DNA of 64,000 bases from Lingula anatina (lineage: Eukaryota; Animalia; Brachiopoda). The translations under genes were made by a program, and so were the position numbers. The DNA lies in NCBI GenBank assembly GCA_051362555.1, contig JBPQGU010000016.1, forward strand, positions 3,472,001 to 3,536,000, in the 5' to 3' direction. Under the pieces are notes generated by a model. It ran no database searches. It saw only the letters and a program-made list of their open reading frames with translations, and was not told the origin of the DNA. Below, one piece after another: positions 40,401 to 52,883 of the stretch (the stretch's first letter is position 1; each line of letters begins with the position of its first letter).

Positions 40401-43400
40401 AAGAGTGGTGGTGTCAACATTAAGGAAGAAATAGAGCAAAAACTCTCTCTCCCCCCCCCCCTCTCAGATTCTGTTTTTAGAGCTTATTTTTGGATCATCT
40501 TTAAAGCTAGAATTGGGGGCCTTGATGAAGTGACCCGGGCGCGTTTCCACATTTTTTATGAATGACAGGTGTGGTAGATTGATTTTCGTCACTTTTTGGA
40601 AAAATCGGAGACGGGTCGATTTTTGGTGATTTTGAGTGATTTTGAACAGTGCCGGCACTGTGAGATTTCTTCAATTTTGGCCAGGTAGGGATGAAAATTT
40701 TTTTTCTTCATTATAGTGTCAGGTAGGTGCGTTCGGTCATTTGTAGTAAGAATAAAGTGCTGGAAGAGTGGTGGTGTCAACATTAAGGAAGAAATAGAGC
40801 AAAAACTCTCTCTCCCCCCCCCTCTCAGATTCTGTTCTCAGAGCTTATTTTTGGATCATCTTTAAAGCTAGAATTGGGGGCCTTGATGAAGTGACCCGGG
40901 CACGTTTCCACATTTTTTATGAATGACAGGTGTGGTAGATTGATTTTCGTCACTTTTTGGAAAAATCGGAGACGGGTCGATTTTTGGTGATTTTGAGTGA
41001 TTTTGAACAGTGCCGGCACTGTGAGATTTCTTCAATTTTGGCCAGGTAGGGATGAAAATTTTTTTTCTTCATTATAGTGTCAGGTAGGTGTGTTCGGTCA
41101 TTTGTAGTAAGAATAAAGTGCTGGAAGAGTGGTGGTGTCAACATTAAGGAAGAAATAGAGCAAAAACTCTCTCTCCCCCCCCCTCTCAGATTCTGTTCTC
41201 AGAGCTTATTTTTGGATCATCTTTAAAGCTAGAATTGGGGGCCTTGATGAAGTGACCCGGGCGCGTTTCCACATTTTTTATGAATGACAGGTGTGGTAGA
41301 TTGATTTTCGTCACTTTTTGGAAAAATCGGAGACGGGTCGATTTTTGGTGATTTTGAGTGATTTTGAACAGTGCCGGCACTGTGAGATTTCTTCAATTTT
41401 GGCCAGGTAGGGATGAAAATTTTTTTTCTTCATTATAGTGTCAGGTAGGTGTGTTCGGTCATTTGTAGTAAGAATAAAGTGCTGGAAGAGTGGTGGTGTC
41501 AACATTAAGGAAGAAATAGAGCCAAAAACTCTCTCTCCCCCCCCCCCTCTCAGATTCTGTTCTCAGAGCTTATTTTTGGATCATCTTTAAAGCTAGAATT
41601 GGGGGCCTTGATGAAGTGACCCGGGCGCGTTTCCACATTTTTTATGAATGACAGGTGTGGTAGATTGATTTTCGTCACTTTTTGGAAAAATCGGAGACGG
41701 GTCGGTTTTTGGTGATTTTGAGTGATTTTGAACAGTGCCGGCACTGTGAGATTTCTTCAATTTTGGCCAGGTAGGGATGAAAATTTTTTTTCTTCATTAT
41801 AGTGTCAGGTAGGTGTGTTCGGTCATTTGTAGTAAGAATAAAGTGCTGGAAGAGTGGTGGTGTCAACATTAAGGAAGAAATAGAGCAAAAACTCTCTCTC
41901 CCCCCCCTCTCAGATTCTGTTCTCAGAGCTTATTTTTGGATCATCTTTAAAGCTAGAATTGGGGGCCTTGATGAAGTGACCCGGGCACGTTTCCACATTT
42001 TTTATGAATGACAGGTGTGGTAGATTGATTTTCGTCACTTTTTGAAAAAATCGGAGACGGGTCGATTTTTGGTGATTTTGAGTGATTTTGAACAGTGCCG
42101 GCACTGTGAGATTTCTTCAATTTTGGCCAGGTAGGGATGAAAATTTTTTTTCTTCATTATAGTGTCAGGTAGGTGTGTTCGGTCATTTGTAGTAAGAATA
42201 AAGTGCTGGAAGAGTGGTGGTGTCAACATTAAGGAAGAAATAGAGCAAAAACTCTCTCTCCCCCCCCCTCTCAGATTCTGTTTTCAGAGCTTATTTTTGG
42301 ATCATCTTTAAAGCTAGAATTGGGGGCCTTGATGAAGTGACCCGGGCGCGTTTACACATTTTTTATGAATGACAGGTGTGGTAGATTGATTTTCGTCACT
42401 TTTTGGAAAAATCGGAGACGGGTCGATTTTTGGTGATTTTGAGTGATTTTGAACAGTGCCGGCACTGTGAGATTTCTTCAATTTTGGCCAGGTAGGGATG
42501 AAAATTTTTTTTCTTCATTATAGTGTCAGGTAGGTGTGTTCGGTCATTTGTAGTAAGAATAAAGTGCTGGAAGAGTGGTGGTGTCAACATTAAGGAAGAA
42601 ATAGAGCAAAAACTCTCTCTCCCCCCCCCCTCTCAGATTCTGTTCTCAGAGCTTATTTTTGGATCATCTTTAAAGCTAGAATTGGGGGCCTTGATGAAGT
42701 GACCCGGGCGCGTTTACACATTTTTTATGAATGACAGGTGTGGTAGATTGATTTTCGTCACTTTTTGGAAAAATCGGAGACGGGTCGATTTTTGGTGATT
42801 TTGAGTGATTTTGAACAGTGCCGGCACTGTGAGATTTCTTCAATTTTGGCCAGGTAGGGATGAAAATTTTTTTTCTTCATTATAGTGTCAGGTAGGTGTG
42901 TTCGGTCATTTGTAGTAAGAATAAAGTGCTGGAAGAGTGGTGGTGTCAACATTAAGGAAGAAATAGAGCAAAAACTCTCTCTCCCCCCCCCCCTCTCAGA
43001 TTCTGTTCTCAGAGCTTATTTTTGGATCATCTTTAAAGCTAGAATTGGGGGCCTTGATGAAGTGACCCGGGCGCGTTTACACATTTTTTATGAATGACAG
43101 GTGTGGTAGATTGATTTTCGTCACTTTTTGGAAAAATCGGAGACGGGTCGATTTTTGGTGATTTTGAGTGATTTTGAACAGTGCCGGCACTGTGAGATTT
43201 CTTCAATTTTGGCCAGGTAGGGATGAAAATTTTTTTTCTTCATTATAGTGTCAGGTAGGTGTGTTCGGTCATTTGTAGTAAGAATAAAGTGCTGGAAGAG
43301 TGGTGGTGTCAACATTAAGGAAGAAATAGAGCAAAAACTCTCTCTCCACCCCCCCTCTCAGATTCTGTTCTCAGAGCTTATTTTTGGATCATCTTTAAAG

Positions 43401-46400
43401 CTAGAATTGGGGGCCTTGATGAAGTGACCCGGGCGCGTTTCCACATTTTTTATGAATGACAGGTGTGGTAGATTGATTTTCGTCACTTTTTGGAAAAATC
43501 GGAGACGGGTCGATTTTTGGTGATTTTGAGTGATTTTGAACAGTGCCGGCACTGTGAGATTTCTTCAATTTTGGCCAGGTAGGGATGAAAATTTTTTTTC
43601 TTCATTATAGTGTCAGGTAGGTGTGTTCGGTCATTTGTAGTAAGAATAAAGTGCTGGAAGAGTGGTGGTGTCAACATTAAGGAAGAAATAGAGCAAAAAC
43701 TCTCTCTCCCCCCCCCTCTCAGATTCTGTTCTCAGAGCTTATTTTTGGATCATCTTTAAAGCTAGAATTGGGGGCCTTGATGAAGTGACCCGGGCGCGTT
43801 TCCACATTTTTTATGAATGACAGGTGTGGTAGATTGATTTTCGTCACTTTTTGGAAAAATCGGAGACGGGTCGATTTTTGGTGATTTTGAGTGATTTTGA
43901 ACAATGCCGGCACTGTGAGATTTCTTCAATTTTGGCCAGGTAGGGATGAAAATTTTTTTCTTCATTATAGTGTCAGGTAGGTGTGTTCGGTCATTTGTAG
44001 TAAGAATAAAGTGCTGGAAGAGTGATGGTGTCAACATTAAGGAAGAAATAGAGCAAAAACTCTCTCTCCCCCCCCCTCTCAGATTCTGTTCTCAGAGCTT
44101 ATTTTTGGATCATCTTTAAAGCTAGAATTGGGGGCCTTGATGAAGTGACCCGGGCGCGTTTCCACATTTTTTATGAATGACAGGTGTGGTAGATTGATTT
44201 TCGTCACTTTTTGGAAAAATCGGAGACGGGTCGATTTTTGGTGATTTTGAGTGATTTTGAACAGTGCCGGCACTGTGAGATTTCTTCAATTTTGGCCAGG
44301 TAGGGATGAAAATTTTTTTTCTTCATTATAGTGTCAGGTAGGTGTGTTTGGTCATTTGTAGTAAGAATAAAGTGCTGGAAGAGTGGTGGTGTCAACATTA
44401 AGGAAGAAATAGAGCAAAAACTCTCTCTCCCCCCCCCCCTCTCAGATTCTGTTCTCAGAGCTTACTTTTGGATCATCTTTAAAGCTAGAATTGGGGGCCT
44501 TGATGAAGTGACCCGGGCGCGTTTACACATTTTTTATGAATGACAGGTGTGGTAGATTGATTTTCGTCACTTTTTGGAAAAATCGGAGACGGGTCGATTT
44601 TTGGTGATTTTGAGTGATTTTGAACAGTGCCGGCACTGTGAGATTTCTTCAATTTTGGCCAGGTAGGGATGAAAATTTTTTTTCTTCATTATAGTGTCAG
44701 GTAGGTGTGTTCGGTCATTTGTAGTAAGAATAAAGTGCTGGAAGAGTGGTGGTGTCAACATTAAGGAAGAAATAGAGCAAAAACTCTCTCTCCCCCCCCC
44801 CTCTCAGATTCTGTTTTCAGAGCTTATTTTTGGATCATCTTTAAAGCTAGAATTGGGGGCCTTGATGAAGTGACCCGGGCGCGTTTACACATTTTTTATG
44901 AATGACAGGTGTGGTAGATTGATTTACGTCACTTTTTGGAAAAATCGGAGACGGGTCGATTTTTGGTGATTTTGAGTGATTTTGAACAGTGCCGGCACTG
45001 TGAGATTTCTTCAATTTTGGCCAGGTAGGGATGAAAATTTTTTTTCTTCATTATAGTGTCAGGTAGGTGTGTTCGGTCATTTGTAGTAAGAATAAAGTGC
45101 TGGAAGAGTGGTGGTGTCAACATTAAGGAAGAAATAGAGCAAAAACTCTCTCTCCCCCCCCCTCTCAGATTCTGTTCTCAGAGCTTATTTTTGGATCATC
45201 TTTAAAGCTAGAATTGGGGGCCTTGATGAAGTGACCCGGGCGCGTTTCCACATTTTTTATGAATGACAGGTGTGGTAGATTGATTTTCGTCACTTTTTGG
45301 AAAAATCGGAGACGGGTCGATTTTTGGTGATTTTGAGTGATTTTGAACAGTGCCGGCACTGTGAGATTTCTTCAATTTTGGCCAGGTAGGGATGAAAATT
45401 TTTTTTCTTCATTATAGTGTCAGGTAGGTGTGTTCGGTCATTTGTAGTAAGAATAAAGTGCTGGAAGAGTGGTGGTGTCAACATTAAGGAAGAAATAGAG
45501 CAAAAACTCTCTCTCCCCCCCCCCTCTCAGATTCTGTTCTCAGAGCTTATTTTTGGATCATCTTTAAAGCTAGAATTGGGGGCCTTGATGAAGTGACCCG
45601 GGCGCGTTTCCACATTTTTTATGAATGACAGGTGTGGTAGATTGATTTTCGTCACTTTTTGGAAAAATCGGAGACGGGTCGATTTTTGGTGATTTTGAGT
45701 GATTTTGAACAGTGCCGGCATTGTGAGATTTCTTCAATTTTGGCCAGGTAGGGATGAAATTTCTTTTTCTTCATTATAGTGTCAGGTAGGTGTGTTCGGT
45801 CATTTGTAGTAAGAATAAAGTGCTGGAAGAGTGGTGGTGTCAACATTAAGGAAGAAATAGAGCAAAAACTCTCTCTCCCCCCCCTCTCAGATTCTGTTCT
45901 CAGAGCTTATTTTTGGATCATCTTTAAAGCTAGAATTGGGGGCCTTGATGAAGTGACCCGGGCGCGTTTACACATTTTTTATGAATGACAGGTGTGGTAG
46001 ATTGATTTTCGTCACTTTTTGGAAAAATCAGAGACGGGTCGATTTTTGGTGATTTTGAGTGATTTTGAACAGTGCCGGCACTGTGAGATTTCTTCAATTT
46101 TGGCCAGGTAGGGATGAAAATTTTTTTTCTTCATTATAGTGTCAGGTAGGTGTGTTCGGTCATTTGTAGTAAGAATAAAGTGCTGGAAGAGTGGTGGTGT
46201 CAACATTAAGGAAGAAATAGAGCAAAAACTCTCTCTCCCCCCCCCTCTCAGATTCTGTTCTCAGAGCTTATTTTTGGATCATCTTTAAAGCTAGAATTGG
46301 GGGCCTTGATGAAGTGACCCGGGCGCGTTTACACATTTTTTATGAATGACAGGTGTGGTAGATTGATTTTCGTCACTTTTTGGAAAAATCGGAGACGGGT

Positions 46401-49400
46401 CGATTTTTGGTGATTTTGAGTGATTTTGAACAGTGCCGGCACTGTGAGATTTCTTCAATTTTGGCCAGGTAGGGATGAAAATTTTTTTTCTTCATTATAG
46501 TGTCAGGTAAGTGTATTCGGTCATTTGTAGTAAGAATAAAGTGCTGGAAGAGTGGTGGTGTCAACATTAAGGAAGAAATAGAGCAAAAACTCTCTCTCCC
46601 CCCCCCCTCTCAGATTCTGTTCTCAGAGCTTATTTTTGGATCATCTTTAAAGCTAGAATTGGGGGCCTTGATGAAGTGACCCGGGCGCGTTTCCACATTT
46701 TTTATGAATGACAGGTGTGGTAGATTGATTTTCATCACTTTTTGGAAAAATCGGAGACGGGTCGATTTTTGGTGATTTTGAGTGATTTTGAACAGTGCCG
46801 GCACTGTGAGATTTCTTCAATTTTGGCCAGGTAGGGATGAAAATTTTTTTTCTTCATTATAGTGTCAGGTAAGTGTGTTCGGTCATTTGTAGTAAGAATA
46901 AAGTGCTGGAAGAGTGGTGGTGTCAACATTAAGGAAGAAATAGAGCAAAAACTCTCTCTCCCCCCCCCCCTCTCAGATTCTGTTCTCAGAGCTTATTTTT
47001 GGATCATCTTTAAAGCTAGAATTGGGGGCCTTGATGAAGTGACCCGGGCGCGTTTCCACATTTTTTATGAATGACAGGTGTGGTAGATTGATTTTCGTCA
47101 CTTTTTGGAAAAATCGGAGACGGGTCGATTTTTGGTGATTTTGAGTGATTTTGAACAGTGCCGGCACTGTGAGATTTCTTCAATTTTGGCCAGGTAGGGA
47201 TGAAAATTTTTTTTCTTCATTATAGTGTCAGGTAGGTGTGTTCAGTCATTTGTAGTAAGAATAAAGTGCTGGAAGAGTGGTGGTGTCAACATTAAGGAAG
47301 AAATAGAGCAAAAACTCTCTCTCCCCCCCCCCCCTCTCAGATTCTGTTCTCAGAGCTTATTTTTGGATCATCTTTAAAGCTAGAATTGGGGGCCTTGATG
47401 AAGTGACCCGGGCGCGTTTCCACATTTTTTATGAATGACAGGTGTGGTAGATTGATTTTCGTCACTTTTTGGAAAAATCGGAGACGGGTCGATTTTTGGT
47501 GATTTTGAGTGATTTTGAACAGTGCCAGCACTGTGAGATTTCTTCAATTTTGGCCAGGTAGGGATGAAATTTTTTTTTTCTTCATTATAGTGTCAGGTAA
47601 GTGTGTTCGGTCATTTGTAGTAAGAATAAAGTGCTGGAAGAGTGGTGGTGTCAACATTAAGGAAGAAATAGAGCAAAAACTCTCTCTCCCCCCCCCCCTC
47701 TCAGATTCTGTTCTCAGAGCTTATTTTTGGATCATCTTTAAAGCTAGAATTGGGGGCCTTGATGAAGTGACCCGGGCGCGTTTCCACATTTTTTATGAAT
47801 GACAGGTGTGGTAGATTGATTTTCGTCACTTTTTGGAAAAATCGGAGACGGGTCGATTTTTGGTGATTTTGAGTGATTTTGAACAGTGCCGGCACTGTGA
47901 GATTTCTTCAATTTTGGCCAGGTAGGGATGAAAATTTTTTTTCTTCATTATAGTGTCAGGTAGGTGTGTTCGGTCATTTGTAGTAAGAATAAAGTGCTGG
48001 AAGAGTGGTGGTGTCAACATTAAGGAAGAAATAGAGCAAAAACTCTCTCCCCCCCCCCCCCCCTCTCAGATTCTGTTCTCAGAACTTATTTTTGGATCAT
48101 CTTTAAAGCTAGAATTGGGGGCCTTGATGAAGTGACCCGGGCGCGTTTCCACATTTTTTATGAATGACAGGTGTGGTAGATTGATTTTCGTCACTTTTTG
48201 GAAAAATCGGAGACGGGTCGATTTTTGGTGATTTTGAGTGATTTTGAACAGTGCCGGCACTGTGAGAATTCTTCAATTTTGGCCAGGTAGGGATGAAAAT
48301 TTTTTTTCTTCATTATAGTGTCAGGTAGGTGTGTTCGGTCATTTGTAGTAAGAATAAAGTGCTGGAAGAGTGGTGGTGTCAACATTAAGGAAGAAATAGA
48401 GCAAAAACTCTCTCTCCCCCCCCCCCTCTCAGATTCTGTTCTCAGAGCTTATTTTTGGATCATCTTTAAAGCTAGAATTGGGGGCCTTGATGAAGTGACC
48501 CGGGCGCGTTTCCACATTTTTTATGAATGACAGGTGTGGTAGATTGATTTTCGTCACTTTTTGGAAAAATCGGAGACGAGTCGATTTTTGGTGATTTTGA
48601 GTGATTTTGAACAGTGCCGGCACTGTGAGATTTCTTCAATTTTGGCCAGGTAGGGATGAAAATTTTTTTTCTTCATTATAGTGTCAGGTAGGTGTGTTCG
48701 GTCATTTGTAGTAAGAATAAAGTGCTGGAAAAGTGGTGGTGTCAACATTAAGGAAGAAATAGAGCAAAAACTCTCTCTCCCCCCCCCCCTCTCAGATTCT
48801 GTTCTCAGAGCTTATTTTTGGATCATCTTTAAAGCTAGAATTGGGGGCCTTGATGAAGTGACCCGGGCGCGTTTACACATTTTTTATGAATGACAGGTGT
48901 GGTAGATTGATTTTCGTCACTTTTTGGAAAAATCGGAGACGGGTCGATTTTTGGTGATTTTGAGTGATTTTGAACAGTGCCGGCACTGTGAGATTTCTTC
49001 AATTTTGGCCAGGTAGGGATGAAAATTTTTTTTCTTCATTATAGTGTCAGGTAGGTGTGTTCGGTCATTTGTAGTAAGAATAAAGTGCTGGAAGAGTGGT
49101 GGTGTCAACATTAAGGAAGAAATAGAGCAAAAACTCTCTCTCCCCCCCCCTCTCAGATTCTGTTCTCAGAGCTTATTTTTGGATCATCTTTAAAGCTAGA
49201 ATTGGGGGCCTTGATGAAGTGACCCGGGCGCGTTTCCACATTTTTTATGAATGACAGGTGTGGTAGATTGATTTTCGTCACTTTTTGGAAAAATCGGAGA
49301 CGGGTCGATTTTTGGTGATTTTGAGTGATTTTGAACAGTGCCGGCACTGTGAGATTTCTTCAATTTTGGCCAGGTAGGGATGAAAATTTTTTTTCTTCAT

Positions 49401-52400
49401 TATAGTGTCAGGTAGGTGTGTTCGGTCATTTGTAGTAAGAATAAAGTGCTGGAAGAGTGGTGGTGTCAACATTAAGGAAGAAATAGAGCAAAAACTCTCT
49501 CTCCCCCCCCCCTCTCAGATTCTGTTCTCAGAGCTTATTTTTGGATCATCTTCAAAGCTAGAATTGGGGGCCTTGATGAAGTGACCCGGGCGCGTTTACA
49601 CATTTTTTATGAATGACAGGTGTGGTAGATTGATTTTTGTCACTTTTTGGAAAAATCGGAGATGGGTCGATTTTTGGTGATTTTGAGTGATTTTGAACAG
49701 TGCCGGCACTGTGAGATTTCTTCAATTTTGGCCAGGTAGGGATGAAAATTTTTTTTCTTCATTATAGTGTCAGGTAGGTGTGTTCGGTCATTTGTAGTAA
49801 GAATAAAGTGCTGGAAGAGTGGTGGTGTCAACATTAAGGAAGAAATAGAGCAAAAACTCTCTCTCCCCCCCCCTCTCAGATTGTGTTCTCAGAGCTTATT
49901 TTTGGATCATCTTTAAAGCTAGAATTGAGGGCCTTGATGAAGTGACCCGGGCGCGTTTACACATTTTTTATGAATGACAGGTGTGGTAGATTGATTTTCG
50001 TCACTTTTTGGAAAAATCGGAGACGGGTCGATTTTTGGTGATTTTGAGTGATTTTGAACAGTGCCGGCACTGTGAGATTTCTTCAATTTTGGCCAGGTAG
50101 GGATGAAAATTTTTTTTCTTCATTATAGTGTCAGGTAGGTGTGTTCGGTCATTTGTAGTAAGAATAAAGTGCTGGAAGAGTGGTGGTGTCAACATTAAGG
50201 AAGAAATAGAGCAAAAACTCTCTCTCCCCCCCCCTCTCAGATTCTGTTCTCAGAGCTTATTTTTGGATCATCTATAAAGCTAGAATTGGGGGCCTTGATG
50301 AAGTGACCCGGGCGCGTTTACACATTTTTTATGAATGACAGGTGTGGTAGATTGATTTTCGTCACTTTTTGGAAAAATCGGAGACGGGTCGATTTTTGGT
50401 GATTTTGAGTGATTTTGAACAGTGCCGGCACTGTGAGATTTCTTCAATTTTGGCCAGGTAGGGATGAAAATTTTTTTTCTTCATTATAGTGTCAGGTAGG
50501 TGTGTTCGGTCATTTGTAGTAAGAATAAAGTGCTGGAAGAGTGGTGGTGTCAACATTAAGGAAGAAATAGAGCAAAAACTCTCTCTCCCCCCCCCCTCTC
50601 AGATTCTGTTCTTAGAGCTTATTTTTGGATCATCTTTAAAGCTAGAATTGGGGGCCTTGATGAAGTGACCCGGGCGCGTTTCCACATTTTTTATGAATGA
50701 CAGGTGTGGTAGATTGATTTTCGTCACTTTTTGGAAAAATCGGAGACGGGTCGATTTTTGGTGATTTTGAGTGATTTTGAACAGTGCCGGCACTGTGAGA
50801 TTTCTTCAATTTTGGCCAGGTAGGGATGAAAATTTTTTTTCTTCATTATAGTGTCAGGTAGGTGTGTTCGGTCATTTGTAGTAAGAATAAAGTGCTGGAA
50901 GAGTGGTGGTGTCAACATTAAGGAAGAAATAGAGCAAAAACTCTCTCTCCCCCCCCCCCTCTCAGATTCTGTTCTTAGAGCTTATTTTTGGATCATCTTT
51001 AAAGCTAGAATTGGGGGCCTTGATGAAGTGACCCGGGCGCGTTTCCACATTTTTTATGAATGACAGGTGTGGTAGATTGATTTTCGTCACTTTTTGGAAA
51101 AATCGGAGACGGGTCTATTTTTGGTGATTTTGAGTGATTATGAACAGTGCCGGCACTGTGAGATTTCTTCAATTTTGGCCAGGTAGGGATGAAAATTTTT
51201 TTTCTTCATTATAGTGTCAGGTAGGTGTGTTCGGTCATTTGTAGTAAGAATAAAGTGCTGGAAGAGTGGTGGTGTCAACATTAAGGAAGAAATAGAGCAA
51301 AAACTCTCTCTCCCCCCCCCTCTCAGATTCTGTTCTCAGAGCTTATTTTTGGATCATCTTTAAAGCTAGAATTGGGGGCCTTGATGAAGTGACCCGGGCG
51401 CGTTTACACATTTTTTATGAATGACAGGTGTGGTAGATTGATTTTCGTCACTTTTTGGAAAAATCGGAGACGGGTCGATTTTTGGTGATTTTGAGTGATT
51501 TTGAACAGTGCCTGCACTGTGAGATTTCTTCAATTTTGGCCAGGTAGGGATGAAAATTTTTTTTCTTCATTATAGTGTCAGGTAGGTGTGTTCGGTCATT
51601 TGTAGTAAGAATAAAGTGCTGGAAGAGTGGTGGTGTCAACATTAAGGAAGAAATAGAGCAAAAACTCTCTCTCCCCCCCCTCTCAGATTCTGTTCTCAGA
51701 GCTTATTTTTGGATCATCTTTTAAGCTAGAATTGGGGGCCTTGATGAAGTGACCCGGGCGCGTTTACACATTTTTTATGAATGACAGGTGTGGTAGATTG
51801 ATTTTCGTCACTTTTTGGAAAAATCGGAGACGGGTCGATTTTTGGTGATTTTGAGTGATTTTGAACAGTGCCGGCACTGTGAGATTTCTTCAATTTTGGC
51901 CAGGTAGGGATGAAAATTTTTTTTCTTCATTATAGTGTCAGGTAGGTGTGTTCGGTCATTTGTAGTAAGAATAAAGTGCTGGAAGAGTGGTGGTGTCAAC
52001 ATTAAGGAAGAAATAGAGCAAAAACTCTCTCTCCCCCCCCCTCTCAGATTCTGTTCTCAGAGCTTATTTTTGGATCATCTTTAAAGCTAGAATTGGGGGC
52101 CTTGATGAAGTGACCCGGGCGCGTTTACACATTTTTTATGAATGACAGGTGTGGTAGATTGATTTTCGTCACTTTTTGGAAAAATCGGAGACGGGTCGAT
52201 TTTTGGTGATTTTGAGTGATTTTGAACAGTGCCGGCACTGTGAGATTTCTTCAATTTTGGCCAGGTAGGGATGAAAATTTTTTTTCTTCATTATAGTGTC
52301 AGGTAGGTGTGTTCGGTCATTTTTAGTAAGAATAAAGTGCTGGAAGAGTGGTGGTGTCAACATTAAGGAAGAAATAGAGCAAAAACTCTCTCTCCCCCCC

Positions 52401-52715
52401 CCTCTCAGATTCTGTTCTCAGAGCTTATTTTTGGATCATCTTTAAAGCTAGAATTGGGGGCCTTGATGAAGTGACCCGGGCGCGTTTCCACATTTTTTAT
52501 GAATGACAGGTGTGGTAGATTGATTTTCGTCACTTTTTGGAAAAATCGGAGACGGGTCTATTTTTGGTGATTTTGAGTGATTATGAACAGTGCCGGCACT
52601 GTGAGATTTCTTCAATTTTGGCCAGGTAGGGATGAAAATTTTTTTTCTTCATTATAGTGTCAGGTAGGTGTGTTCGGTCATTTGTAGTAAGAATAAAGTG
52701 CTGGAAGAGTGGTGG

Positions 52716-52883
52716 CAGGGGCGGATTTAGGCCGTCTTCTGGGTCTTCCAGAAGACGGTCAGACTTTCAAGTTAACATTGACGGGTATCTAATTTTTTCT
52801 GTTGGAAGACGGTCAAAATTGGACGATGTATCAACAAAGATAATTTGGAAGACTGTCAGTAAATAGTTCTGGATCCGCCCCTG
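52716..52883. mobile_element. 168-bp non-autonomous DNA transposon (MITE) inserted in one satellite monomer; hAT-like termini (tentative)
   Basis: The left end is CAGGGGCGGATTTAG and the reverse complement of the right end is CAGGGGCGGATCCAG (11 bp perfect, 13/15 overall). GGTGG flanks both sides (52711-52715 and 52884-52888), whereas uninterrupted monomers carry only one copy at this site (GAGTGGTGGTGTC). There is no coding capacity. Confidence 0.92.

Noticed and set aside
52657-52866. 69-aa ORF with a novel C-terminus
   Set aside because: It is a chance read-through from satellite into the MITE and has no transposase features.
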